A stretch of DNA of 64,000 nt from an uncultured Candidatus Saccharibacteria bacterium (GTDB lineage Bacteria > Patescibacteriota > Saccharimonadia > Saccharimonadales > AWTP1-31). Under the pieces are notes generated by a model. The model was not told the origin of the DNA. It searched no databases and was given only the letters and a program-made list of their open reading frames with translations. The DNA lies in assembly GCA_964536985.1 (NCBI GenBank), contig CAZIBG010000001.1, positions 49,017 to 113,016 on the forward strand. Reading direction: 5' to 3'. Every line of letters starts with the position of its first letter. Position 1 is the first letter of the stretch. Below, one piece after another: positions 28,604-36,998 of this stretch. The position numbers and the translations under genes were made by a program.

Positions 28604-29269
28604 ATGAAGTCTTCAATAAAAATTCCAAAACGACATATTTTACAGAATAAAAACATTTCTCGGCCGAAACGTTCCAAAAAATCTAAGGCTTTAATTGGCA
28701 TCCTGCTAACGATCAGTCTCGTCAGTATTGTTTTGCTCAGCCTACCCTATATTCCGCGCATCACGTTTTTAATTAAGAAACCAAAGATCAATCCTGCTGC
28801 TTATCAGGAAGCCGCAAAGTCGACAAAAGCAGGCACTCCGGTCAAGGTGGACCCACAGAAACCAGGAAACAGATTAGTACTCCCTGATATTGGAGTGGAC
28901 ACCCAAGTAATTGAAGGTAAGAATCTTAATGTTATCGGCAAGAACCAAGGCGTCTGGAGAGAGTCCCGAACTATCACGCCAGAAATAGACGGTAACTTAG
29001 TTATTGCTGGGCATCGCTTCTTATATACCGCCACTAACGGTGGCTGGTTTTATAATCTTCCTGAGCTGAAGGTTGGACAGACTATTTATGTACGATGGAA
29101 TGATAAGGTCTATCCGTATGAGGTTTACCGCACACGATCCGTTCTTCCAACGCAGGTTGATATACGTGATGCCGAACCGGGTGTTCCGCGAAAACTAACT
29201 ATGTACACCTGCTACCCATTAGGCAGTACTTCTAAACGATTCGTTATAGAAGCAAAACAGATCAATTAA
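28604..29269 (+). CDS. sortase family transpeptidase
   Basis: N-terminal TM anchor; catalytic His (VIAGHRF), Cys (LTMYTCYP, the TLxTC box) and Arg (KRFVIEA). Confidence 0.8.
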   Translation: MKSSIKIPKRHILQNKNISRPKRSKKSKALIGILLTISLVSIVLLSLPYIPRITFLIKKPKINPAAYQEAAKSTKAGTPVKVDPQKPGNRLVLPDIGVDTQVIEGKNLNVIGKNQGVWRESRTITPEIDGNLVIAGHRFLYTATNGGWFYNLPELKVGQTIYVRWNDKVYPYEVYRTRSVLPTQVDIRDAEPGVPRKLTMYTCYPLGSTSKRFVIEAKQIN

Positions 29270-29794
29270 CTACTTTATGCGGCTAGTAAATTTTGCCCTG
29301 AGCTTAACGAGTTTTGGATTGATAATAACTTGGCAATAGCCCTGTTCGGGGTGTTTCTGAAAGTAGTTCTGATGTTCATCTTCAGCGTCAAAGAAATCAC
29401 CAAGCTTAGCAACTTCTGTTACTACCGGATCATCCCAAAGTTTTGAGACTTTAGTAATTGATTCTTTAATAACAGCCTTCTGTTTGTCGTCGGTATAGAG
29501 AATTATTGACCGATACTCTGTACCTTTATCATATCCCTGGTAGTTTAGAGTCGTTGGGTTGTGCATTGCCCAGAAAATATCCAATACATCATCTAGGGAT
29601 ATGACGCTTGGATCAAAAATAACTTTCACTACCTCAGCATGACCCGTGTCGCCTTCTGCAACTGAGTAGTATGTGGGATTGGTGGTGTGACCTCCAGCAT
29701 ACCCAGAAACAACGTCTTTAACCCCTTGAATAAGCCGGTAGCCGGCGTCCAAACACCAAAAGCAACCACCGCCAAGAACGATCGTTTCTGTCAT
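29270..29794 (-). CDS. msrA: peptide-methionine (S)-S-oxide reductase
   Basis: GGGCFWC active-site motif and GHAEVVKV. Confidence 0.9.
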   Translation of the reverse strand: MTETIVLGGGCFWCLDAGYRLIQGVKDVVSGYAGGHTTNPTYYSVAEGDTGHAEVVKVIFDPSVISLDDVLDIFWAMHNPTTLNYQGYDKGTEYRSIILYTDDKQKAVIKESITKVSKLWDDPVVTEVAKLGDFFDAEDEHQNYFQKHPEQGYCQVIINPKLVKLRAKFTSRIK

Positions 29795-29796
29795 GG

Positions 29797-30099
29797 CTAT
29801 TCCGATACAGTTACGTCTTTCCAGAAAGCAATGTAATCGGTAAAGTCTTTTTTAACCTGATCAATTGCCGTTGGCAATGGATTTGGATAGCTCCAGGCAT
29901 TATCCTCACTACTAGCACCGTCTTTACCAACATTAAAATACTGACAGACACCCTTCCATGGGCAGGTGTACGGGGTTGGACTCTTGGTTAGGTACTCTTG
30001 TTTGACGCTGGCTGGCGGGAAATACCAATTCCCCTCTATATACACAAGATCCTTACGATCGGCTTCGGCAATGACCTCGTCGTTCCATACTGCTTTCAT
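29797..30099 (-). CDS. DUF427 domain protein
   Basis: 100 aa with the pattern IEGNWYFP...CPWKG.CQYF typical of DUF427 (from memory). Confidence 0.65.
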   Translation of the reverse strand: MKAVWNDEVIAEADRKDLVYIEGNWYFPPASVKQEYLTKSPTPYTCPWKGVCQYFNVGKDGASSEDNAWSYPNPLPTAIDQVKKDFTDYIAFWKDVTVSE

Positions 30100-30108
30100 A
30101 CCTTCTCC

Positions 30109-31485
30109 TTAATCTGTTCTTAGTGCTTCGATTGGATCCATTTTGGCTGCTTTACGAGCCGGTAAATATCCAGCGAGCATGGCAACAACGATCAGTCCAA
30201 TGATTAATGATGCGATCTGACCTGGCTCGAAGATAAGTAGACTATTGCCTGCTCCCAGATCAAGTTTCTTGGTTACCCAAGGGTTAAGCGGAATACCCAC
30301 CAATAAGGCCAAGAGAGCCCCAATTGCACCGCCAAGGAAGCCAATCCAACCAGCCTCGAGCATGAATAGTCTTCGTAGATCACGCTTTCTCATGCCTAGT
30401 GCTTTCATTAGGCCAATTTCTCGAATACGCTCTAAAACGCTAATGTACTGCGTGTTAACGATGCCAAATACAGAAGCAATAACCGTAATCAGTCCAAATA
30501 CTCCGACCAAAGCCTGCAGGATATTTACAATTTGAGTAATGGATTGCTGAATCTCTTTACTGCTCATGGTGTAATAGTCCTTACTCTTGAGGTCGGCTTG
30601 AGCAGCGCTAATATTAGCGGCATTTGATCCATCTTTAACCCTGACATTCACGTAGGTGTACTTACCAGCGTTCGAGGTACCATCGGTGGTATAGCTATAA
30701 ATACTCTTAGCATCTAGCTCGGAAACGTAAGTCGGAAGTGCACCAAAGTTGATGCTCGTTGCCGCCTTCTTGGTAACTGCGACAATGGTAAATGTTCTTG
30801 TCTCGGTTGCGGGTTTTAAGTCTTGCAAATCTACTCCATCACGAATAGCCTGTAAAACGGCGTCGCCCGATGTATCAGCAAATGGTTTCTGAATAGCAAT
30901 TTCAACTTTTTGGCCAATGGCAGATTTAACATTCTTGAAGCCTAGTGCTTTTACATAACCATCGGGTATGGTGATTTGGCCTTTCTGTAAGTCACCCTTA
31001 GCCGGGATCTTTCCGCCAGAAATCTCAGGCTTTTGAGCAGGGTTATATGCCTGAGAGCTTAGTGTGTACTTCTTTTGACCCTCACGGGTAATATAGCGGA
31101 GATTGAGCTGGTAATTTGCTCTGACACTTTCTACATACGGGAGCTTCTGAAGCTGCTCAATGTCCTTATCGGTTACCTGCTTTATTTGTAGACTTGAACC
31201 ATCTCCTCCGACAGTAAGTGATGACACCGACTCATCATATTCTTTAGGCTCAGTTATTGGGGCTCCCGTATTAGAGACTTCTTTATCACGACCAACAATC
31301 AATTCTGATGGATCAAAGTTGCTGGCAACAAGCCTGTCGGTGTACTGTCGAATTCCATTTCCTGCGGCCAGTGTAATTGTTAGCGTAAAGCCGCCAACTG
31401 CAATTGCTAGAGAGGTTAAAATGGTTCGGAGCTTAGCGCTTGTAAGGCTGCGGCCACTTCGTCGAATTGTATCTTGTATGCGCAT
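30109..31485 (-). CDS. ABC transporter permease, FtsX/MacB-like with large periplasmic-type domain
   Basis: TM1, a ~270-aa extracytoplasmic domain, then 3 C-terminal TMs; 1-nt overlap with the ATPase gene. Confidence 0.8.
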   Translation of the reverse strand: MRIQDTIRRSGRSLTSAKLRTILTSLAIAVGGFTLTITLAAGNGIRQYTDRLVASNFDPSELIVGRDKEVSNTGAPITEPKEYDESVSSLTVGGDGSSLQIKQVTDKDIEQLQKLPYVESVRANYQLNLRYITREGQKKYTLSSQAYNPAQKPEISGGKIPAKGDLQKGQITIPDGYVKALGFKNVKSAIGQKVEIAIQKPFADTSGDAVLQAIRDGVDLQDLKPATETRTFTIVAVTKKAATSINFGALPTYVSELDAKSIYSYTTDGTSNAGKYTYVNVRVKDGSNAANISAAQADLKSKDYYTMSSKEIQQSITQIVNILQALVGVFGLITVIASVFGIVNTQYISVLERIREIGLMKALGMRKRDLRRLFMLEAGWIGFLGGAIGALLALLVGIPLNPWVTKKLDLGAGNSLLIFEPGQIASLIIGLIVVAMLAGYLPARKAAKMDPIEALRTD

Positions 31486-32186
31486 TATTTCTTTTTCCTC
31501 ACTACCTGCTTAGGCTTTTGAATTGACTCAATGACGCCATCCTTGAGGCGAACTTGTATCTGGCAACGTGAAGCCAGATCATCATCATGAGTGACGATTA
31601 TGATTGTACTTCCAATAGTCTTATTTATATCAAACAGTAGGTCGATAATTTTTTCACCTGTTGCGCTATCCAAGTTTCCTGTAGGCTCATCAGCAAAAAT
31701 CAGCTTGGGTTTATTAACAATCGCCCTGGCAATCGCTAGACGCTGTTTTTGACCACCGGAAAGATTCCGTGCCTTGACGTTGATTTTTTCGCTCAGATCA
31801 ACAGCCTCCAGCGCTTCAATCACTCGTTTCTTGCGGTCCCGTCGCCCTACTTCTGCAATTTCAAGTGGCAACATAACGTTCTGGTAACATGTCTGACTAC
31901 CCTCTACAAAAAACGCCTGGAAAATAAAGCTCATCGATTCTGCTCTAAAGTGATCCATCTGTTTGGTCTTCATCTGACCCAGCTCAACGTTTCCAACGGA
32001 AACATGTCCGTCGCTTGGCCTATCGAGCCCACTCATAATGTGCATGAGCGTGGATTTACCTGATCCACTTTTACCAATAATGGCAACTGTAGATCCCTCT
32101 TTAATACTTAGATTTATATCCTTGAGCGCAGTAAATGCACTATCCTTCTTGCCGTATGTCTTGGTGACGTTTTTAACCTCTATCAT
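31485..32186 (-). CDS. ABC transporter ATP-binding protein (MacB/LolD-like)
   Basis: GKSGSGKST, LSGGQKQRLAIARA, LIFADEPTGNLD. Confidence 0.9.
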   Translation of the reverse strand: MIEVKNVTKTYGKKDSAFTALKDINLSIKEGSTVAIIGKSGSGKSTLMHIMSGLDRPSDGHVSVGNVELGQMKTKQMDHFRAESMSFIFQAFFVEGSQTCYQNVMLPLEIAEVGRRDRKKRVIEALEAVDLSEKINVKARNLSGGQKQRLAIARAIVNKPKLIFADEPTGNLDSATGEKIIDLLFDINKTIGSTIIIVTHDDDLASRCQIQVRLKDGVIESIQKPKQVVRKKK

Positions 32187-32216
32187 GATCTTAGTATAGC
32201 GGGCTGCTACACGTGA

Positions 32217-34193
32217 TTATTTCCAGAGTTGCATACCAGCGGTTAGCTGATCAGCCAATGAGTGACCTGCAATAAAGCTAACACCATAGAACGTAGTATC
32301 TTTAAGTGGTTGCGTCTGAAGCTTCTCGATAATCTCTTGATCGTCGGTAGTATCTTGCATCTCTTTAATGAACACGTGGTGGATCAAATCTGCGGTATTC
32401 ACCTTATCATGTAACTTATGAAGCTCTTTCTCGCTAGCCCGCATCACTATAATTGGGTACTGGCTATTGCGAGGAATGGAACCGTCCTCTGCGGTAAATA
32501 CATCCCCACTCGTTAGCTGCTCTTTTGGTAGTTCATTGCCAATAATCGCATCCATATGTGCTACAGCATTAGCCACTTGCCATGGCTCAAGCTCCTTATT
32601 AACAACCGTTACGATGCGCTTTGAAAAGTCTTGTGGGCGACCGTCAGTTACTTTCTTAGCAGCCTTTGGCGGTTCGGGGACTTTGAAAACTTCTGGGTAG
32701 ATACCCTTCGTTACCTCATCCACTTCCGATCGAAGTTGGGGGAAAGGTACGCCTTCGCGAGCGGTCACGCCCTCGAATATCCAGAAAACGCGCTCGGCGT
32801 ATCCCCAGCCACAAGCTGGCGGCATGCCGTATTCGAGCATCTCGACGTAATCTATATCGAGCATCATAGCCTCGTCATCGCCTGCATCACGCATGTTTTG
32901 TTGCTCAAGGAATCGATTGAGTTGATCGATCGGGTCATTCAATTCGCTAAAACCGTTACCAAGCTCACTACCAGCAATAATCGGCTGAAATCGTTGCACG
33001 GTATTGGCGTCATCGGGGTTAGTCTTGGCTAGCGGGCTAATGAAAAGCGGTGTATTTATAAGCCAAACAGGACCAGCAACGTCCTTACGGATATTCTTCC
33101 AAAGCTTATCAATTCCCCTGGCCTTATTCTCGGTTTGCTCAACTTCAAGCTTATTGTCTTCTAGAGCCTTTTTAACTTCATCCAGAGTACATTCGTAGAC
33201 ATCAATACCGTAACGTTTTTTGATCGTCTCGGCGTAGTCCCACTGTTCCCATTTACCAGAAAGATCGATATCGAACTTGCCTAGCTTAAACTGCAGCTTA
33301 CCGAATGCTTCTTTAATAACATAGCGATACATGTCTTCCATGAAGGACATGCCTTTTCGCCAATCCCAGTAAGCGGCGTACCATTCCATAGCGATGTGCT
33401 CTGGCAGGTGTTCATCGCTATAGTTTTCGTTTCGGAACCGAGGACCTAGATCATAAACCTTAGAGTAGCCGGCACCTATTAATCGCTTTAATGGCAGCTC
33501 GTGGCTGATCCTCAAGTAAAAGTCCTGATCCAAGGCATCCATGTGAGTTACGAATGGGTTGGCATCGGCACCGCCGGTGGTGTGCTCTAGGACTGGAACG
33601 TTGATCTCGATGAATCCCTCTTTGTTTAAGAAGTCGCGAGTTGCTTGCCAGAATTTACTTCGTCGCACAAACCGATCATAGACCTCTGTATTAACATTCA
33701 TGTCTACATATCGTCGTCGTAGCCGTTCTTCCTTGTTGGTAAAGCCATCTTGGGCCGTAGGCATCGGACGAAGGCTCTTAGTAAGCAGGCGGAGCTTATG
33801 AACGGTAACCGAACGTTCACCCGTCTTAGTTGTGGCTGCAACTCCTGAAACCTCAATAAAGTCGCCTGAATCAAGGAGGTTTAGGTGCTCAAATCCAAGC
33901 TCACTATTGGCATAATCTGGCTTTTGGACCTGCTCTTCGCTCAAGAAAAGTTGAATCGTGTCTTGCACATCCCGAATTACCACAAAGGCGATCTTGCCAA
34001 ATTTACGAATGTTGGTAATACGGCCTGCAATAGTTACGGATGAGCCAGATTTCTCAAGTTCTTCGTAACCAGCAAGAACAGTCGCTACTGACTGCTCGCG
34101 GTGCGAAGATGCGGGATAGGGATTAACGCCCAGAGCACGTAGTTCTTCCAGTTTTCTAAGCCGCTCATCGCGGAGTTCTTTTAGTGTCGCCAT
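32217..34193 (-). CDS. lysS: lysine--tRNA ligase (class II) fused to a C-terminal ~130-aa DUF2000/Pth2-like domain
   Basis: OB anticodon-binding domain plus class II core (FIEINVPVLE.., RNENYSDEHLPEHIAMEWY, MPPACGWGYAERV). The core ends near PFPQLRSE, followed by a linker and an extra domain. Likely start is MATLKEL at 34193. Confidence 0.9.
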   Translation of the reverse strand: MATLKELRDERLRKLEELRALGVNPYPASSHREQSVATVLAGYEELEKSGSSVTIAGRITNIRKFGKIAFVVIRDVQDTIQLFLSEEQVQKPDYANSELGFEHLNLLDSGDFIEVSGVAATTKTGERSVTVHKLRLLTKSLRPMPTAQDGFTNKEERLRRRYVDMNVNTEVYDRFVRRSKFWQATRDFLNKEGFIEINVPVLEHTTGGADANPFVTHMDALDQDFYLRISHELPLKRLIGAGYSKVYDLGPRFRNENYSDEHLPEHIAMEWYAAYWDWRKGMSFMEDMYRYVIKEAFGKLQFKLGKFDIDLSGKWEQWDYAETIKKRYGIDVYECTLDEVKKALEDNKLEVEQTENKARGIDKLWKNIRKDVAGPVWLINTPLFISPLAKTNPDDANTVQRFQPIIAGSELGNGFSELNDPIDQLNRFLEQQNMRDAGDDEAMMLDIDYVEMLEYGMPPACGWGYAERVFWIFEGVTAREGVPFPQLRSEVDEVTKGIYPEVFKVPEPPKAAKKVTDGRPQDFSKRIVTVVNKELEPWQVANAVAHMDAIIGNELPKEQLTSGDVFTAEDGSIPRNSQYPIIVMRASEKELHKLHDKVNTADLIHHVFIKEMQDTTDDQEIIEKLQTQPLKDTTFYGVSFIAGHSLADQLTAGMQLWK

Positions 34194-34238
34194 TGGCCTT
34201 AAGTATACCTGACTGAGCACCTAAGCACCAGAGGTGAA

Positions 34239-34571
34239 CTAGTACAGGCTGCCGCCGATTGGCACATCTTTATCGGGAACAACTAACATGCAACCACCGT
34301 TTCCGTCCGGGATACCTAAAGTCAGCACTTCGCTCATGAAGGGGCCGATTTGTCGTGGCTCAAAGTTAACAACCGCCATCACCAGCTTCCCTTGAAGCTC
34401 TTGCTTGGTGTAGTTCGCCGGAAGTTGAGCGCTCGATTTCTTTACGCCAACTTCCGGTCCAAAATCTATCGTCAATTTGAAAGCAGGTTTTCGAGCTTCA
34501 GGAAAGTCCTGCACGTCAATAATTTTGCCAACACGAATATCGACGTCTTCAAACTGTTGATAGGAGATCAT
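34239..34571 (-). CDS. tRNA-binding domain protein (CsaA/EMAP-like)
   Basis: DIRVGKIIDVQDFPEARKPAFKLTIDFG...VVNFEPRQIGPFMSEVL is the typical tRNA_bind OB fold. Confidence 0.8.
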   Translation of the reverse strand: MISYQQFEDVDIRVGKIIDVQDFPEARKPAFKLTIDFGPEVGVKKSSAQLPANYTKQELQGKLVMAVVNFEPRQIGPFMSEVLTLGIPDGNGGCMLVVPDKDVPIGGSLY

Positions 34572-35033
34572 TTAGAAAATATCAGCGATTTTGTAGGTAG
34601 ATGTTTCGGCAGGAGTTACAATTTCAACCTCTTCGCCAAGCTTCTTGCCAAGGAGTGCCTTACCAATTGGTGACTCATCTGAGATCTTACCGTTCATTGG
34701 GTCAGCCTCGACAGTACCGACAACATGGAATTCTTTGGTCTTACCATCGGTGCTCTTTAACTTAACACCGGAACCAAGCTGTACTTTACTATCACCCTTA
34801 GGCTTCTTGATCAGCTCAACATTCTGAAGAATGTTTTCAATCTCAGAAATACGAACTTCTGTTCGCTCCTGCTCCTGGCGTGCTGAGCTATACTCAGCGT
34901 TTTCGGCAAGGTCCCCGAATTCACGGGCCGTCTTAATTCGCTCGGCAATTGGTCCACGCTCAGCAATTAACCCAGCCAGCTCTTGTTCTAGTTCTGCTAC
35001 ACCCTCTTTTGTGAGTAAGAATTGTTTCTTCAT
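34572..35033 (-). CDS. greA: transcription elongation factor GreA
   Basis: LTKEGVAELEQEL...AREFGDLAENAEYSSARQEQ coiled-coil plus a C-terminal FKBP-like domain. Confidence 0.9.
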   Translation of the reverse strand: MKKQFLLTKEGVAELEQELAGLIAERGPIAERIKTAREFGDLAENAEYSSARQEQERTEVRISEIENILQNVELIKKPKGDSKVQLGSGVKLKSTDGKTKEFHVVGTVEADPMNGKISDESPIGKALLGKKLGEEVEIVTPAETSTYKIADIF

Positions 35034-35094
35034 ACTTTTCCCCTATCGTCTCTTGAATTGTCTTTGCTGTGCGTTTTGAATACTGTGGCCTAGT

Positions 35095-36351
35095 TTACTT
35101 GTTTGATGCCAATAATGCTAGTAAATCTTCTACATTGACCATTTTTGTAGTGTCTTCTGTGCGCTTCTTGAGCTCGTGCTCACCACCCGCAACCGTCTTT
35201 GCACTCACTACAACTCGATATGGAATCCCCATCAAATCGGCATCACCAAATTTCTCACCGGCACGTGCATCTCGATCGTCATAGAGCACTTCCACTCCTG
35301 AGTCGGTAAGTTTTTTGTACAGATCGTCGGCAGCTTCCACTACAGCTACGTCGTCGCCAAGTCGAGCAATATAGACCTTGGCAGGCGCAATATTCTCCGG
35401 CCAAACAAGCCCCTTGTCGTCGCTCATCAATTCTGCAATAACACCCATTACTCGGGTAATACCAATTCCGTACGACCCCAAAAATACCGGTTGCTTCTTG
35501 TCGTTCTCGTCGGCGAAGGTTACATCCATTTGTTCAGCTTTTTCGGTACCAAAATTGAATATATTACCAACTTCGGCACTTCGAACTTGCTCTAGCTCTT
35601 CTCGCTTAATACCAAGATTCTCGAGACTTTCGTCGTCTAGAACCTCTTCGTTAATGGCGATATTCTTGCCTTTATGCAAGTAAATCGTATCCTCACCGGC
35701 TTCACAAACTGTCTGGAACTCGTGGCTGAACTTAGTAAATGCTCCGCCACTGGCAAACGTCACGTAGGTAATGTCGCCAATACCAAATCGATCAAATATG
35801 CGGTTATAGGCTTCGATGGTCGCCTGGTAGAACACTTCATGCTGTTCGGCGTCGGTGGACAGTGAATACATATCCTTCATGACAAATTCACGTCCACGCA
35901 TGATTCCACTCTTCGAGCGGAGCTCATTACGTAGCTTAGTCTGGAACTGATAGGCATAGATTGGTAGATCTTTGTAGCTACTGACGAACTGTCGCATCAT
36001 TTCTAGAATGGCCTCTTCATGTGACCATGCCAGTCCAAGCTCAGTATCGTCTTTGAGTTTAGTCTTAAACCAAACGTCAACGACGTCATCATCCCAGCGA
36101 GTCGTTGCGTCCCAGGTTTCTTTGGGCTGAAGATTAGTCATGATCAGCTCTTGCCCGCCTATGGCGTTCATCTCTTCACGTACAATCTGTTTGATATTCT
36201 CTACAACTCGTAGTCCTAGAGGTGTGTAAGCATACACGCCAGCCATAACCTTATAGATGAAACCGGCCTGGATAAGCAGTTGGGCATTCTTGGCCATCTC
36301 ATCTGCAGGAGTGTTTTTGGTTGTTTTAGTAAATAATTGGGTCATTCTCAT
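35095..36351 (-). CDS. proS: proline--tRNA ligase, bacterial-type but lacking the INS editing domain
   Basis: MRMTQLFTKTTKNTPADE..., motif 2 RGREFVMKDMYS, motif 3 GSYGIGITRVMG. Only about 25 aa lie where the ~180-aa INS domain sits in E. coli ProRS. SD GAGGA 7 nt upstream. Confidence 0.9.
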   Translation of the reverse strand: MRMTQLFTKTTKNTPADEMAKNAQLLIQAGFIYKVMAGVYAYTPLGLRVVENIKQIVREEMNAIGGQELIMTNLQPKETWDATTRWDDDVVDVWFKTKLKDDTELGLAWSHEEAILEMMRQFVSSYKDLPIYAYQFQTKLRNELRSKSGIMRGREFVMKDMYSLSTDAEQHEVFYQATIEAYNRIFDRFGIGDITYVTFASGGAFTKFSHEFQTVCEAGEDTIYLHKGKNIAINEEVLDDESLENLGIKREELEQVRSAEVGNIFNFGTEKAEQMDVTFADENDKKQPVFLGSYGIGITRVMGVIAELMSDDKGLVWPENIAPAKVYIARLGDDVAVVEAADDLYKKLTDSGVEVLYDDRDARAGEKFGDADLMGIPYRVVVSAKTVAGGEHELKKRTEDTTKMVNVEDLLALLASNK

Positions 36352-36370
36352 AGCTTTTTCCTCTTTACGT

Positions 36371-36844
36371 TTATTTTACCTTACTTATCCCTATTCTCGC
36401 GATATCAAATCCATCGATACCTAACAACGCCTCCTGAAAGTCTGGAGTACGTTTTCGCCATCCAATGTTTCTGTAATGCTCACGCTTCCTTTCGCTACCG
36501 ACACAGTCCAATGCATCTCTTCCTGCTCGTTGTGCTAGTCTGCCTGCAAGTACAGCTACTCGATCTGCTCGGTGAACGGAGTCGTCCTGTATGTCACCGA
36601 TTAATCGGGCAGCGTATCCGTTATATGCATTAATCCAATGCATCCCCAGTCTTAAATCCTTAGCCGTCAGTCCCCGATCCATAACTGCTTCGATTAACCC
36701 AAGACCCTGGATCTTAAGACCCCGATCAAAGCCATCCTTTGTATCCAAAAGTTGTTCTGCTGTTGCATGCCAACCTTGTTCAATGTGTATAGCCACATCC
36801 TGTAATTTTCTTTGAATTTCCATAGTTTCTTTCATATCAGTCAC
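36371..36844 (-). CDS. hypothetical protein (157 aa), first ORF after the candidate attenuator
   Basis: Open frame with balanced composition and no recognised motif. GTG start abuts the terminator U tract; alternative ATG at 36835. Confidence 0.35.
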   Translation of the reverse strand: MTDMKETMEIQRKLQDVAIHIEQGWHATAEQLLDTKDGFDRGLKIQGLGLIEAVMDRGLTAKDLRLGMHWINAYNGYAARLIGDIQDDSVHRADRVAVLAGRLAQRAGRDALDCVGSERKREHYRNIGWRKRTPDFQEALLGIDGFDIARIGISKVK

Positions 36845-36849
36845 AAGAT

Positions 36850-36871
36850 AAAAAAATCGGCCCAGAGGCCG
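36850..36871 (-). terminator. intrinsic terminator CGGCC-UCUG-GGCCG followed by AUUUUUUU
   Basis: Minus strand reads gagCGGCCtctgGGCCGattttttt: a 5-bp all-GC stem, tetraloop and 7 U. Confidence 0.55.
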
Positions 36872-36936
36872 CTCTTGTGCTGATTTGTGGTTATTTATGG
36901 TAAATCTAGCTAAGCCCCTGGTGACATACCGGGGCT
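36850..36936 (-). promoter_or_regulatory. candidate leader-peptide transcription attenuator (segments 1:2, 2:3, 3:4)
   Basis: Segment 1 AGCCCCGG (36929-36936), segment 2 CCAGGGGCU (36913-36921), segment 3 GGCCUCUGG (36862-36870), segment 4 GGCCG plus U7. The 1:2, 2:3 and 3:4 pairings are mutually exclusive. Confidence 0.45.
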
Positions 36937-36974
36937 GGGGGTGTTATAAAGCTAAAGTGATTTAACATAATCAT
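36906..36974 (-). CDS. candidate 22-codon leader peptide MIMLNHFSFITPPAPVCHQGLS
   Basis: ATG preceded by GGTAGAG at 8 nt. Codons CCC CCA GCC CCG overlap segment 1. The UAG stop begins 5 nt after segment 2. Too short for the ORF track. Confidence 0.4.
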   Translation of the reverse strand: MIMLNHFSFITPPAPVCHQGLS

Positions 36975-36998
36975 AATATATACTCTACCATGTTTTCG

